Of a stretch of DNA of 49,751 bases, positions 20,184 through 29,207 are shown in pieces (within the stretch, counting starts at the first letter, position 1; the number at the start of each line of letters is the position of its first letter). Source of the DNA: Pseudonocardia sp. (GTDB lineage Bacteria > Actinomycetota > Actinomycetes > Mycobacteriales > Pseudonocardiaceae). The position numbers and the translations under genes are program-made. The stretch is from assembly GCA_025465235.1 (NCBI GenBank), contig JAODNO010000626.1:1-49751 (forward strand). The letters are read 5' to 3'. Below the pieces are notes generated by a model. The model saw nothing but the letters and a program-made list of their open reading frames with translations. It was not told where the DNA came from and made no database searches.

Positions 20184-21908
20184 ATGGCCCAGGAACAGCC
20201 CGAAACCCCCCGGGACGTCGCCGAGCGCGCCGCGAGCGTGCTGGGACCAGAGGGGGACCTGTTCGAGGACATGGACGCCGCCGGGTTCGGCGATGCGCTG
20301 ACCCAGGCGGTGCGAGCGAGCCTCGCCAGCCCGGGCGCTCCCGCGTTGGCTGCGATCAACCTCGCGACGGACCTGGCGCGGATCCCGTTCGTCGCGACCA
20401 CCCGCTGGCTGGGCGGGGACGCCGAGCCGCCGTTGCCCGTCGACCCGAAGGACCGCCGGTTCGCCGACCCCGCGTGGGACACGAACCCGATGTTCTACTC
20501 GGTTCGGCAGGCCTACCTCGCCGCATGCCGGTTCGCCCGCGACGTCGTCGGCTCGGCGGAGCTGGAGGCCGACGAGGCCCGCAAGGCTGCGATGGCCATG
20601 AACCTGATGCTCGACGCGCTCGCCCCCACGAACTTCCTCGCGACCAACCCGGCTGCGCTGAAGCGTGCGTTCGACACAGCAGGCGGGAGCCTGCTGAAGG
20701 GCACGCGGAACTTCCTCGACGACCTGGTCAACAACGAGGGCAGGCCGCGCCAGGTCGACACCAGCGGGTTCGAGGTCGGCCGCAACCTCGCCCGTACGCC
20801 CGCGAAGGTCGTGTACCGCAACGACCTCATGGAGCTGCTGCAGTACGAGCCGCGGACCGAGCACGTGCACGCCACGCCGCTGCTGTGCAGCCCGCCGTGG
20901 ATCAACAAGTACTACGTGATGGACCTCGCCGAAGACCGCAGCTTCATCCAGTGGGCGGTGGACCACGGGCGCACGGTCTTCGCGATCAGCTACAAGAACC
21001 CGTCGAAGTCCATGTCCGACACCACGATGGACGACTACCTGGTCCACGGACCGCAGACCGCGCTCGATGTCATCGAGGAGATCACCGGCGCCAAGACGAT
21101 CGACATCGTCGGGCTCTGCCTCGGCGGAGCGTTGACCGCGATCACCGCGGCGTACCTGACGCAGGCGGGCGACCACCGCATCGGTTCCCTGACGCTGCTC
21201 AACACCATGCTCGACTACGCCGAGCCGGGCGTGCTGGGCACCTTCACCGACATGCGCACGGTCGAGAAGCTCGAGAAGAAGATGCGACGGGAGGGCATGC
21301 TGGAGGGCAAGTCGATGGCCGGCACGTTCGACGCGCTGCGCGCCAACGACCTGATCTTCAACTACGTCGTGTCGAACTGGCTGATGGGCCAGGACCCGCC
21401 GGCGTTCGACATCCTCGCCTGGAACACCGACAGCACCCGCATGCCGGCCGCGATGCACGCGTTCTACCTGCGCAACTTCTACGTGGAGAACAAGCTCGCG
21501 GCCGGCGAGCTCGAGATCGCGGGGAAGACGATCGACCTGAGCGTCATCAAGGCACCGACCTACGTCGTCAGTGCGATCAACGACCACATCGTGCCGTGGA
21601 AGTCGGCGTACAAGAACGTCTGCCTCATCAGTGGCCCGGTCCGGTTCGTGCTGAGCAGCGGGGGGCACATCGCCGGCATCGTCAGCCCGCCGGGACCGAA
21701 GGTCTGGCACATGGTCGCCGATGCCGAGACGATGCCGGCCACCGGCGACGGGTGGCGCGAGGTGGCCGAGCGTCGCAGCGGCTCCTGGTGGGAGGACTGG
21801 TCGCGCTGGTCGGATGCCAACTCGGGTCCGCTGCAGGAACCGCCGCGCATGGGTAGCGCGAAGTACCCGGTGCTCGGCGACGGGCCCGGCACCTACGTCC
21901 TGACGTGA
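20184..21908 (+). CDS. phaC: Poly(3-hydroxyalkanoate) synthase, class I/II size
   Basis: DRRFADPAW, PTNFLATNP, PPWINKYYVMDL, catalytic box GLCLGG, WNTDSTRMP, DHIVPW, GHIAGIV, SWW. Confidence 0.95.
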   Translation: MAQEQPETPRDVAERAASVLGPEGDLFEDMDAAGFGDALTQAVRASLASPGAPALAAINLATDLARIPFVATTRWLGGDAEPPLPVDPKDRRFADPAWDTNPMFYSVRQAYLAACRFARDVVGSAELEADEARKAAMAMNLMLDALAPTNFLATNPAALKRAFDTAGGSLLKGTRNFLDDLVNNEGRPRQVDTSGFEVGRNLARTPAKVVYRNDLMELLQYEPRTEHVHATPLLCSPPWINKYYVMDLAEDRSFIQWAVDHGRTVFAISYKNPSKSMSDTTMDDYLVHGPQTALDVIEEITGAKTIDIVGLCLGGALTAITAAYLTQAGDHRIGSLTLLNTMLDYAEPGVLGTFTDMRTVEKLEKKMRREGMLEGKSMAGTFDALRANDLIFNYVVSNWLMGQDPPAFDILAWNTDSTRMPAAMHAFYLRNFYVENKLAAGELEIAGKTIDLSVIKAPTYVVSAINDHIVPWKSAYKNVCLISGPVRFVLSSGGHIAGIVSPPGPKVWHMVADAETMPATGDGWREVAERRSGSWWEDWSRWSDANSGPLQEPPRMGSAKYPVLGDGPGTYVLT

Positions 21909-22068
21909 CGCCGTCCTGATCCGATCCGGTCTGCCATCAGCTGCGGACGCACCCGGGACGGGGCGTGCCTACACAACGAGGGTGCGCTGGTACACCGTGC
22001 CTGGGGCGCAGGGCGCTCGAGTACTGGCTGATGGGGTATTCCTGGTCCGGTGGGCGCCCCGGCGGCTC

Positions 22069-22698
22069 CTACAGCGATCCGGCCGGTCCCCGGGCCGCCC
22101 CCCTGGCGTGGGGGCTCTTCCGGATCCACCACCTCGACCGCACCTCGGGATCGGCCGTGAGAGTCACCGACGCCTGACCGCCCCCGACACCAGCGCGCTC
22201 CGCCTGAAGTTCACGACGTGCCGGCGGGGCCTGTGGGGCAGGATGCACGACGGTGACCGGGCAGCCGGCGTGCAGCACGCACTGCATGCTCACGGAGCCG
22301 AGAACCATGCTGGCGAAGCCACCGCGGCCCCGGCTGCCGACCACCAGGAGATCGGCGTCGTGGGCGGCGCGGAGCAGCGCGACAGCGGCGCCTCCGCCGA
22401 CGGCGGTGACGGTCACCGAAGGTAGGTGCTCGACCGAGCCGGCCAACTCGCCGCTCACGTCCGCCACGATGCCGGCCGCCTTCTTCTCGATGGCGGTGCG
22501 CACGTCCTCGCCGGAGGTGACGAACGATCGGTACGGGGGGTCGCAGAGCGCCGCCAGGGTCTCGGCGGTGGCGAACGCCACGACCACCTCGACCGCGGCG
22601 TCCCGGCGCGCAGCGTCCTGCAGCGCGTACGACAGCGCCGCACGTCCCCCCGACGAGCCATCCACGCCGACGACGATCCGGCCATTACCGTGAGTCAT
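22069..22698 (-). CDS. Universal stress protein (C-terminal tail may be read-through)
   Basis: RIVVGVDGS, ADLLVVGSRGRGGFASMVLGSVSMQCVLHAGCPVTVV. Confidence 0.88.
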   Translation of the reverse strand: MTHGNGRIVVGVDGSSGGRAALSYALQDAARRDAAVEVVVAFATAETLAALCDPPYRSFVTSGEDVRTAIEKKAAGIVADVSGELAGSVEHLPSVTVTAVGGGAAVALLRAAHDADLLVVGSRGRGGFASMVLGSVSMQCVLHAGCPVTVVHPAPQAPPARRELQAERAGVGGGQASVTLTADPEVRSRWWIRKSPHARGAARGPAGSL

Positions 22699-23161
22699 GT
22701 CCATGCCCTCCGTCTCCATCAGCACCGGAACTGTCGGTCACGCCCGAATTGATCGAAGGTTTCCGCCGATCAGCCGTCCCCGTACACGGGCGCATGACCT
22801 CGGATCCTTGCCGAAGATCCCTCGTCGGCCGGGTCGTTCCGTCGCGCGGGACGAGTGACGATCGAACCACCACCGGCCCCCCGTAGCCAAGGTGCACCAG
22901 GGTGGTAACTCGCTGTCCTCGATCAGCTCCGTGGCGAGAGATATCTGTCGAGATCATCGCGCCGGATACGGTCGAATGGCGGCGGATTTCTCGTCCGGGC
23001 GGATAACATCCGGTTCCGAGGGACGGAGTGCACCCGTCAGCCGGTCGTGACCTTTTTCCCACTCTGTCGCAGGCAATACAGTCAACGGCAATCGCGAGGT
23101 CGCGAACCCTGGGCGTTCCGTTCGGGACCTGTGCCCCGCCCTACGGAGCGGATGGTGCATC

Positions 23162-24622
23162 GTGACAGATGTGGCCGATGCAGCTCGTACCGAGAAGACG
23201 TTCTTCGGTCAGCCGCGGGTTCTGGCGAACCTGTTCGGTGTCGAGATGTGGGAGCGTTTCTCGTTCTACGGGATGCAGGGAATCCTGCTGATCTACCTCT
23301 ACTACTCCGCCGCGCAGGGTGGGCTGGGGATCGACCAGACGGCAGCCACCAGCATTGTCGGTGCCTACGGCGGGTTGGTGTACCTGTCGACGATCCTCGG
23401 GGCATGGCTCGCCGACCGCATGCTCGGCGCCGAACGGACCCTCTTCTACAGCGCGATCCTGGTGATGATCGGCCACCTGGCCCTGTCGTTGCTGCCCGGC
23501 CTGCTGGGGGTGGGCGTCGGACTGGTGCTGATCGCGCTCGGCAGCGGTGGGGTGAAGGCCACGGCCACCTCCTTGGTCGGGACGCTGTACGCACCGGGGG
23601 ACGTGCGGCGCGACGCGGGGTTCTCGCTGTTCTACCTCGGGATCAACCTCGGGGCACTCGTCGGACCGATTCTCACCGGGCTGCTCCAGACCAGCCTCGG
23701 CTTCCACTACGGCTTCGGGCTCGCCGCCGTCGGCATGGCCATCGGGCTGGCGCAGTACAGCATCGGTCGCAAGCATCTGACCGGAAAGGCCCGTGAGGTG
23801 CCGAGCCCGCTGCCCGCGTCCCGGTGGCCCCTGGTCGCGGGGACGGCCGTCGCTGCGGGGGCCCTGATCGCCGTGCTGGCGTTCACCGGGGTGCTCACCG
23901 CGGACCGCCTCGCGAACGTCGTGGTCGTCCTCAGCGTGATTGCGACGATCTTCTACTTCGTGATCATTCTCCGGAGCAGGCGGATCACGGTGCTGGAGCG
24001 GCGGCGGGTGCTCGCCTTCATCCCGATGTTCATCGCCAGCGCGGCATTCTGGTCGCTCTACCAACAGCAGTTCACGGTGGTGACGATCTACTCCGACGAG
24101 CAGCTGAACCGCCATATCTTCGGCTGGGAGATGCCGGTGCCCTTCGTCCAGTCCATCAACCCCGTGTTCATCATCCTGCTCTCCGGTGCGTTCGCCGCGT
24201 TGTGGACCAAGCTCGGGACGCGGCAGCCGTCGAGCCCGATCAAGTTCGCGCTCGGAACCGCCGTCATGGGCGTGGCGTTCCTGCTGTTCCTGCCGATGGC
24301 AGGCGACGGTCCCGGCACCGCTCCCCTGCTCGGGCTGATCGGCATCCTCTTCGTCTTCACCATCGCGGAGCTGCTGTTGTCGCCGGTTGGCCTCTCACTG
24401 TCCACGAAGCTCGCTCCCGAGGCGTTCCGCACCCAGATGGTGGCCCTGTTCTTCCTGTCGATCGCGCTGGGCACAGCAATGTCGGGAGTCTTGGCCCGGT
24501 ACTACAGCCCGACCGCCGAGGCGGTCTACTTCGGGGTGCTCGGTGTCGTCGCGATCGCACTGGGCCTCGTGCTCGCCCTGATGGCCCCGTTCCTGCGCCG
24601 ACTGATGGGCGGGGTGACCTGA
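23162..24622 (+). CDS. POT/PTR-family proton-dependent oligopeptide transporter
   Basis: EMWERFSFYG (ExxERFxYY), RRDAGFSLFYLGINLG, ELLLSPVGLS. Confidence 0.95.
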   Translation: MTDVADAARTEKTFFGQPRVLANLFGVEMWERFSFYGMQGILLIYLYYSAAQGGLGIDQTAATSIVGAYGGLVYLSTILGAWLADRMLGAERTLFYSAILVMIGHLALSLLPGLLGVGVGLVLIALGSGGVKATATSLVGTLYAPGDVRRDAGFSLFYLGINLGALVGPILTGLLQTSLGFHYGFGLAAVGMAIGLAQYSIGRKHLTGKAREVPSPLPASRWPLVAGTAVAAGALIAVLAFTGVLTADRLANVVVVLSVIATIFYFVIILRSRRITVLERRRVLAFIPMFIASAAFWSLYQQQFTVVTIYSDEQLNRHIFGWEMPVPFVQSINPVFIILLSGAFAALWTKLGTRQPSSPIKFALGTAVMGVAFLLFLPMAGDGPGTAPLLGLIGILFVFTIAELLLSPVGLSLSTKLAPEAFRTQMVALFFLSIALGTAMSGVLARYYSPTAEAVYFGVLGVVAIALGLVLALMAPFLRRLMGGVT

Positions 24623-24685
24623 CCGCACGTCGTCCGCGGTGGGGCGTGAACGTTGCCCGGTGAGGACCGCGAGCTGTCGCGCCCG

Positions 24686-26047
24686 TCAGTGGCTCTCGGT
24701 GTTCGCGATGTCGGTCTTGTCATTGGCGAAGACCTGGTTGTCGGTCGGGGGAGTGGTGGTTCTGTTCTTGAACATGATGCCGGTTCGGTTGCTGAAGATG
24801 GTGTTGCCGGTCAGCTCGTAGGGGTTGGTGCTGTCGATGTAGACGCCGTAGCGGGCGTTCTCGCCGATGATGTTGTCGCGCAGCGTGGTGTGGCCGGCCT
24901 CGCTGACAAGCCGGACGCCGTCCTGCTGGTTACCACGGATCTGGTTGTTCTCGACGATGTTGTCCTGCGCTGTCTGGCTGACGCCGATCCCGGATTCGGT
25001 GTTGTCGTAGGAGCGGTTGCCCCGCACGGTGTTGCCGGCGGACTGGTTGATGTTGATCCCGGTGGCGGCGTTGGCGAAGGTCTCGTTGCCTTCGACGAGG
25101 TTCCGGTCGGAGTTCAGGTAGAGCACGATTCCATGGTGTTCGTTGCGGTAGACGATGTTGTCGCGAATGACGCTGTCGGTGCAGTCCTCGGCCAGGATGA
25201 TGCCGTGTTTGCCGTTGTCGTGCACAATGTTGCGTTCGATGAGCAGGTGGTTCGAGTCGGTGTGCGGGTCGATGCCGTACAGGACGTTGTCGTGGAACTC
25301 GTTGTCCTGCACGACGAGGCCACTGATATCGAAGGTGTAGAGCCCGTAGAACAGGTGCGACACGATGCTGTTGGTGATGTGGCCGCTCGTCCCCTGAACG
25401 CGCCAGGACATTCCGTAGGCTTCCACCTCGCCGTAGCCGAGGTAGCGCACCTCGGCGTGGTCGATGGTCAACTGCCCGCCGTTGCGGGCGAGGAGGAAGC
25501 TGCGGCCGTCGAGGTGCTCGGTGTCGACGCGGCCCTGCGTGGGGTCCCACGAGGTGACACAGGCCCCGGCGATGTCGAGCCCGCCACCGAGGGCCTTGAT
25601 GGAGGCGAATCCGGCCGGGCTGCTGCTGAGCATCAGCCAGCGCACCTCGGGTGCACGGACCCGTAGGGAGGCGCCGGGGAGTATGTCGATCGTCGCGCCG
25701 AGCAGCCACTCGCCGGGGGCGACCTCGCGGACGGCCCGGGGGTCGTCGATCGCCTGGCTCAGTGCGGGCAGGGTGATGCCCTGCCCGGCGGACAGCACGA
25801 TTTTGTTCGTTCCCGGGTCGAAGGTAGCGCCGAGTCCGCCGGCTGCGGCCTGGCCTGCGGGCTCAGCCTGGGCGGACGGGACTGCCACGGGGGCTTCGCG
25901 AATGCAGGGCCGGGCCGGATCGATCACGGCGTCCGGTGCGACCTCCCGGCGAGGCAGGGGCTCCGGTGCGGATGCGGAGCAGGCGCTGCCCAGTAGACAG
26001 AGCGCAGCCATCAGGAGCGCGACCCGGAGGGTGGTCCTCGTGATCAT
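24686..26047 (-). CDS. AlgG-like right-handed beta-helix lipoprotein, candidate polyuronate C5-epimerase
   Basis: Lipobox-like LGSAC; LGYGEVEAYGMS, FYGLYTF..DNEFHDNVLYGIDPHTDS..KHGII match the AlgG catalytic region (YGIDPHD..KHGII); PbH1 repeats. Confidence 0.8.
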   Translation of the reverse strand: MITRTTLRVALLMAALCLLGSACSASAPEPLPRREVAPDAVIDPARPCIREAPVAVPSAQAEPAGQAAAGGLGATFDPGTNKIVLSAGQGITLPALSQAIDDPRAVREVAPGEWLLGATIDILPGASLRVRAPEVRWLMLSSSPAGFASIKALGGGLDIAGACVTSWDPTQGRVDTEHLDGRSFLLARNGGQLTIDHAEVRYLGYGEVEAYGMSWRVQGTSGHITNSIVSHLFYGLYTFDISGLVVQDNEFHDNVLYGIDPHTDSNHLLIERNIVHDNGKHGIILAEDCTDSVIRDNIVYRNEHHGIVLYLNSDRNLVEGNETFANAATGININQSAGNTVRGNRSYDNTESGIGVSQTAQDNIVENNQIRGNQQDGVRLVSEAGHTTLRDNIIGENARYGVYIDSTNPYELTGNTIFSNRTGIMFKNRTTTPPTDNQVFANDKTDIANTESH

Positions 26048-26100
26048 GGGATACCTGCCCGGTCCTCGCTGCTGCCGATCCGACACGTCATGACACGCCA

Positions 26101-27003
26101 TCAGGAGTCACCGGCCGTTTCGCACTCGCCGGACGAACTGCTCCACAGCGCCGTCCGGACGGGTGGAGGTGCGGCGTCGGTGGAGAGGGTGAATTCGGCG
26201 AAGTCGGCGTATTGGTCGGTGGGGCTGGCCCAGGTGGTGTCGTCGCCGCCGAAGAAGGTGGAGAAGAACAGGCCGTCGATGTGGAGTTGGTCGGTGGTGC
26301 GGAATTCGAGTCCGGTGTGGTGGAAAACGAGTTTGTTGTCCTGCCAGATGGTGATCTGCCCGTCGGGGTGGCCGGGGGTGTTGAGTTGGGTGTGTTGGCG
26401 GATGGTGGTCCATTGGCCGGGGGTGAAGGTCCAGCAGCCGCGGCCGAGGGAGGTGCCGTGTTGGTGGGAGGTGGGGAGGTAGGCGTAGACCTCGGCGTTG
26501 CCGTGGGCTCGCCACATGTAGCGGGTGGAGAAGCCGTTGGTGCCGTCGGGGATGTGTTGGCCGCTGGTGACGGTGCCGCCGTAGAGGCCGGGGAGTTTGC
26601 CGCCTTTGACGAAGTCGAAGTTGGGTGGGAAGCGGAGTTGGTAGGTGAGGTCGAGGGTGTCGACGGGGTTGCCGGGTAGGTGGAGGTAGGCCTGGGTGCC
26701 GCCGTCGGGGCCGCCGGCGGTGCGGCTGGCGGAGCCGGCGGGGTAGTTGATGCGCAGCATGGTGCCGCCGGGGGCGTCGGTGGTGGTGATGAGTTGGGCT
26801 TGGTCGAGGCCGAAGTCGCCGTGGTCGGAGATGGTGAGGTGGTTGTCGAGGAAGTTCTGTAGGTCGGTGGGGGTGATGGTGGTGTCGATGGTGGTGGGGG
26901 CGGTGTCGGGTGGGATGGGTGGTGTGGCCTGGCAGGCGGTGGTGGCCAGGAGGAGCACGCCCAGGACGGCGGCGAGGCAGCGCCGCACGGTCAGGTAGGC
27001 CAT
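26101..27003 (-). CDS. Polysaccharide lyase family 14 (alginate/polyuronate lyase) lipoprotein
   Basis: FDFVKGGKLPGLYGG, FSTRYMWR, AEVYAYLP, FFSTFFGG; signal peptide ending TTAC; GGAGGAG RBS. Confidence 0.88.
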   Translation of the reverse strand: MAYLTVRRCLAAVLGVLLLATTACQATPPIPPDTAPTTIDTTITPTDLQNFLDNHLTISDHGDFGLDQAQLITTTDAPGGTMLRINYPAGSASRTAGGPDGGTQAYLHLPGNPVDTLDLTYQLRFPPNFDFVKGGKLPGLYGGTVTSGQHIPDGTNGFSTRYMWRAHGNAEVYAYLPTSHQHGTSLGRGCWTFTPGQWTTIRQHTQLNTPGHPDGQITIWQDNKLVFHHTGLEFRTTDQLHIDGLFFSTFFGGDDTTWASPTDQYADFAEFTLSTDAAPPPVRTALWSSSSGECETAGDS

Positions 27004-27044
27004 CGCTCCTCCCCCGGCCGGGACCTGTCATCATCGCTCGCCAC

Positions 27045-29207
27045 TCAGCCGGCCTCCGCGGTCATGACGGGCGGCAGGCGCCGGCCGGTGGTGCTGCCGG
27101 CTCGCCGGTAGAGGCGGGCGTGCACCTGCTCGAGCACGATGGCCAGGAGGATCAGTGGCACTCCGATTGCGCTGAGCAGGTTGAGCGCGGGCAGGCTGAG
27201 CTCGTTGGTTCCCTGCTGCGCGATCTGGCCGCGCAGCGCCTCGACGGCGCGGATGCGGGAGGCGGTGAGCAGGAACGGGCTGCCGGTGGCGGCGTTGATA
27301 CCGAGCGCGGTGGTGTGGACGTCCACACCGTCGGCGTGCACGAGCTCCGCGGAGCTGGAGTGGATCCCCTCGTCGGCCCCGCTGATGGAGGTGCCGGAGA
27401 TGGTGGTGGCCGCGCCGGCGTCGATTCCGGTGCTGCCGCCGGTGATCTGGCCTCCGATGATCTGGGTGTTGGGGCTGAAGGTGCGCACGGCGTCGGACTG
27501 GACGTGGTCGGCGACCAGGTCCCGCACCACGACCCCGCTGGTGCCGGGGGTTGCGACGATTCCGTCGCGTCCGCGCTCGACCTGCAGCCTGGTGATCGTG
27601 ATCCCTTTCGCGCCGCGTTCGACCCGTACCCCGGTGCCGGAGTCGATGACCTGCACGTCGGTCAGCGCGACGTTCTGGCCGCCGATGGCGAGCCCGGCCA
27701 CCCGGGCGCCCTGCAGCCTCGACTCGGTCACGGTGAGGCTCCGGGTGCTCTTCTCGGCCACGACACCGCGGCGACCGCCAGTGGTCTGCAGGTGGTCCAG
27801 CACGATGTTCGTGGTGTTGACGTGCGTGAACACCCCGATCGGCTGCTCTGTGGCGGTGAAGGCGGTGACGACGGTGTCGACCGACCGGCTCAGCCGCAGG
27901 CCGCCGATCTTGTCCGCCGCGGTCGCCACCCCGATGATCTGCGCACCCCGTTGCCCGACGACGGCCACGCCGAACGCGCCGTTGGCTGCGGTGGAGATGC
28001 CGGTGATGCGCCGGTCGGTGCTCTCTCCGGAGACCAGGACGCCGTTGCCGCGGTTGCGTTCGGTGCGGATGTCGCTCATCGTCGTGCCGCGGTCGCCGTG
28101 CAGGACGATCCCGTCGGCGGTCGAGTCGCCGACGGTGACGCTGTGCAGGCGCACGGCGTCGGAGCGGGAGAGTTCGAGGCCGGTGGTGTTGCGTAGCAGG
28201 GTGGTGCGGATCAGGGTGCCGCGGCTGCCGGGGCCGAACGCCAGGCCGGCGCGGCCGTTGTCGGTCTCGACCGGTGGGCTGCCCAGGTCGGTGATGGTGG
28301 TGTCGGTGGCCTCGAGGATGCCGCCGGCGGAGACGGCGATGGAGGGTCGTCCGGGTGCGGGGGGTACGGGCTGTCCGGTTGCCGGGTCGATGGAGGCGAC
28401 GGTGACCCCGCGCAGGGTGAGCCGGCCGCGGCCGGTGTAGATCGAGGCGGCCTCGGGGGTGGTCGCCCCGCCGGCCAGCTTGAGGGTGGTGATGCCGGTG
28501 ACGTCCAGTGCGGTGCCCGGGGTCATCACGATCGTCGCGAACAGCTGTGCGGTGCCGTCCGTGATCGTCAACCACTCCGGAGGCAGGTGCCGGTCCAGCG
28601 ACCCGAGAGTCACAGCACCCGGCCGTAACGGCACCTGCCGCGACACGCGCCCGGCGGCCACCACGTCGATGCGCTTGGACCGCACGACGATCATCTTGTT
28701 CGGCCTGCCGCGCTCCTCCCACGACGCCTGGATCCGGTCAGCCTCCGCCGCCATCTCGGCCAGCCGCTCGGCCGCCTCGACCCGCTTCCGGGCCAGCTCG
28801 GCCGCCGCTTGGATCCGGTCCCGGGCCAGCTCGGCGGCTCGGGCACGAGCCTCCGCTGCGCCGTTGTCGGCCTGCGGTAGCACTCCGGGGGGAACCGCGG
28901 GCGGGGGCTGGGGAGACCCCGGGGCCTGCTGCTGGGTGCTCGGCCGGGCTTCAGCGACACCGGGTGCCGGCACGGGGTCGTTTCTGCGGAGAGGGGGCGT
29001 CGCGGCACCGCCCGGGTCGGGCTCGGCTGCGGGCTGAGGCGGGGGTTCAGGTGCGGGTTCGGGCGGTGGCTGTTGCTGTGCAGGTGCGGCCGGGGGGGCG
29101 TGCATGGCCGTGGCTGCGGCCGCGGTGCTCGGTGCGTGGACGGCCAGGAGTGTCGTGATCGTGCAGCCGAGGAGCAGGGTGGCGAGCCGTCGGACGGGGG
29201 CCGTCAT
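27045..29207 (-). CDS. Secreted, C-terminally anchored parallel beta-helix protein (AlgG-like paralog lacking DPH)
   Basis: Signal peptide, Pro/Gln linker, coiled coil, beta-helix repeats, C-terminal TM LLSAIGVPLILLAIVL with basic tail; ATGA overlap with the GT2 stop. Confidence 0.8.
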   Translation of the reverse strand: MTAPVRRLATLLLGCTITTLLAVHAPSTAAAATAMHAPPAAPAQQQPPPEPAPEPPPQPAAEPDPGGAATPPLRRNDPVPAPGVAEARPSTQQQAPGSPQPPPAVPPGVLPQADNGAAEARARAAELARDRIQAAAELARKRVEAAERLAEMAAEADRIQASWEERGRPNKMIVVRSKRIDVVAAGRVSRQVPLRPGAVTLGSLDRHLPPEWLTITDGTAQLFATIVMTPGTALDVTGITTLKLAGGATTPEAASIYTGRGRLTLRGVTVASIDPATGQPVPPAPGRPSIAVSAGGILEATDTTITDLGSPPVETDNGRAGLAFGPGSRGTLIRTTLLRNTTGLELSRSDAVRLHSVTVGDSTADGIVLHGDRGTTMSDIRTERNRGNGVLVSGESTDRRITGISTAANGAFGVAVVGQRGAQIIGVATAADKIGGLRLSRSVDTVVTAFTATEQPIGVFTHVNTTNIVLDHLQTTGGRRGVVAEKSTRSLTVTESRLQGARVAGLAIGGQNVALTDVQVIDSGTGVRVERGAKGITITRLQVERGRDGIVATPGTSGVVVRDLVADHVQSDAVRTFSPNTQIIGGQITGGSTGIDAGAATTISGTSISGADEGIHSSSAELVHADGVDVHTTALGINAATGSPFLLTASRIRAVEALRGQIAQQGTNELSLPALNLLSAIGVPLILLAIVLEQVHARLYRRAGSTTGRRLPPVMTAEAG

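Noticed and set aside
19395-21856. 771-aa and 558-aa ORFs over phaC
   Set aside because: Shadow frames with no motifs
24686-26047. NosD copper-maturation protein
   Set aside because: Same fold, but no nos genes nearby and an AlgG-type motif is present
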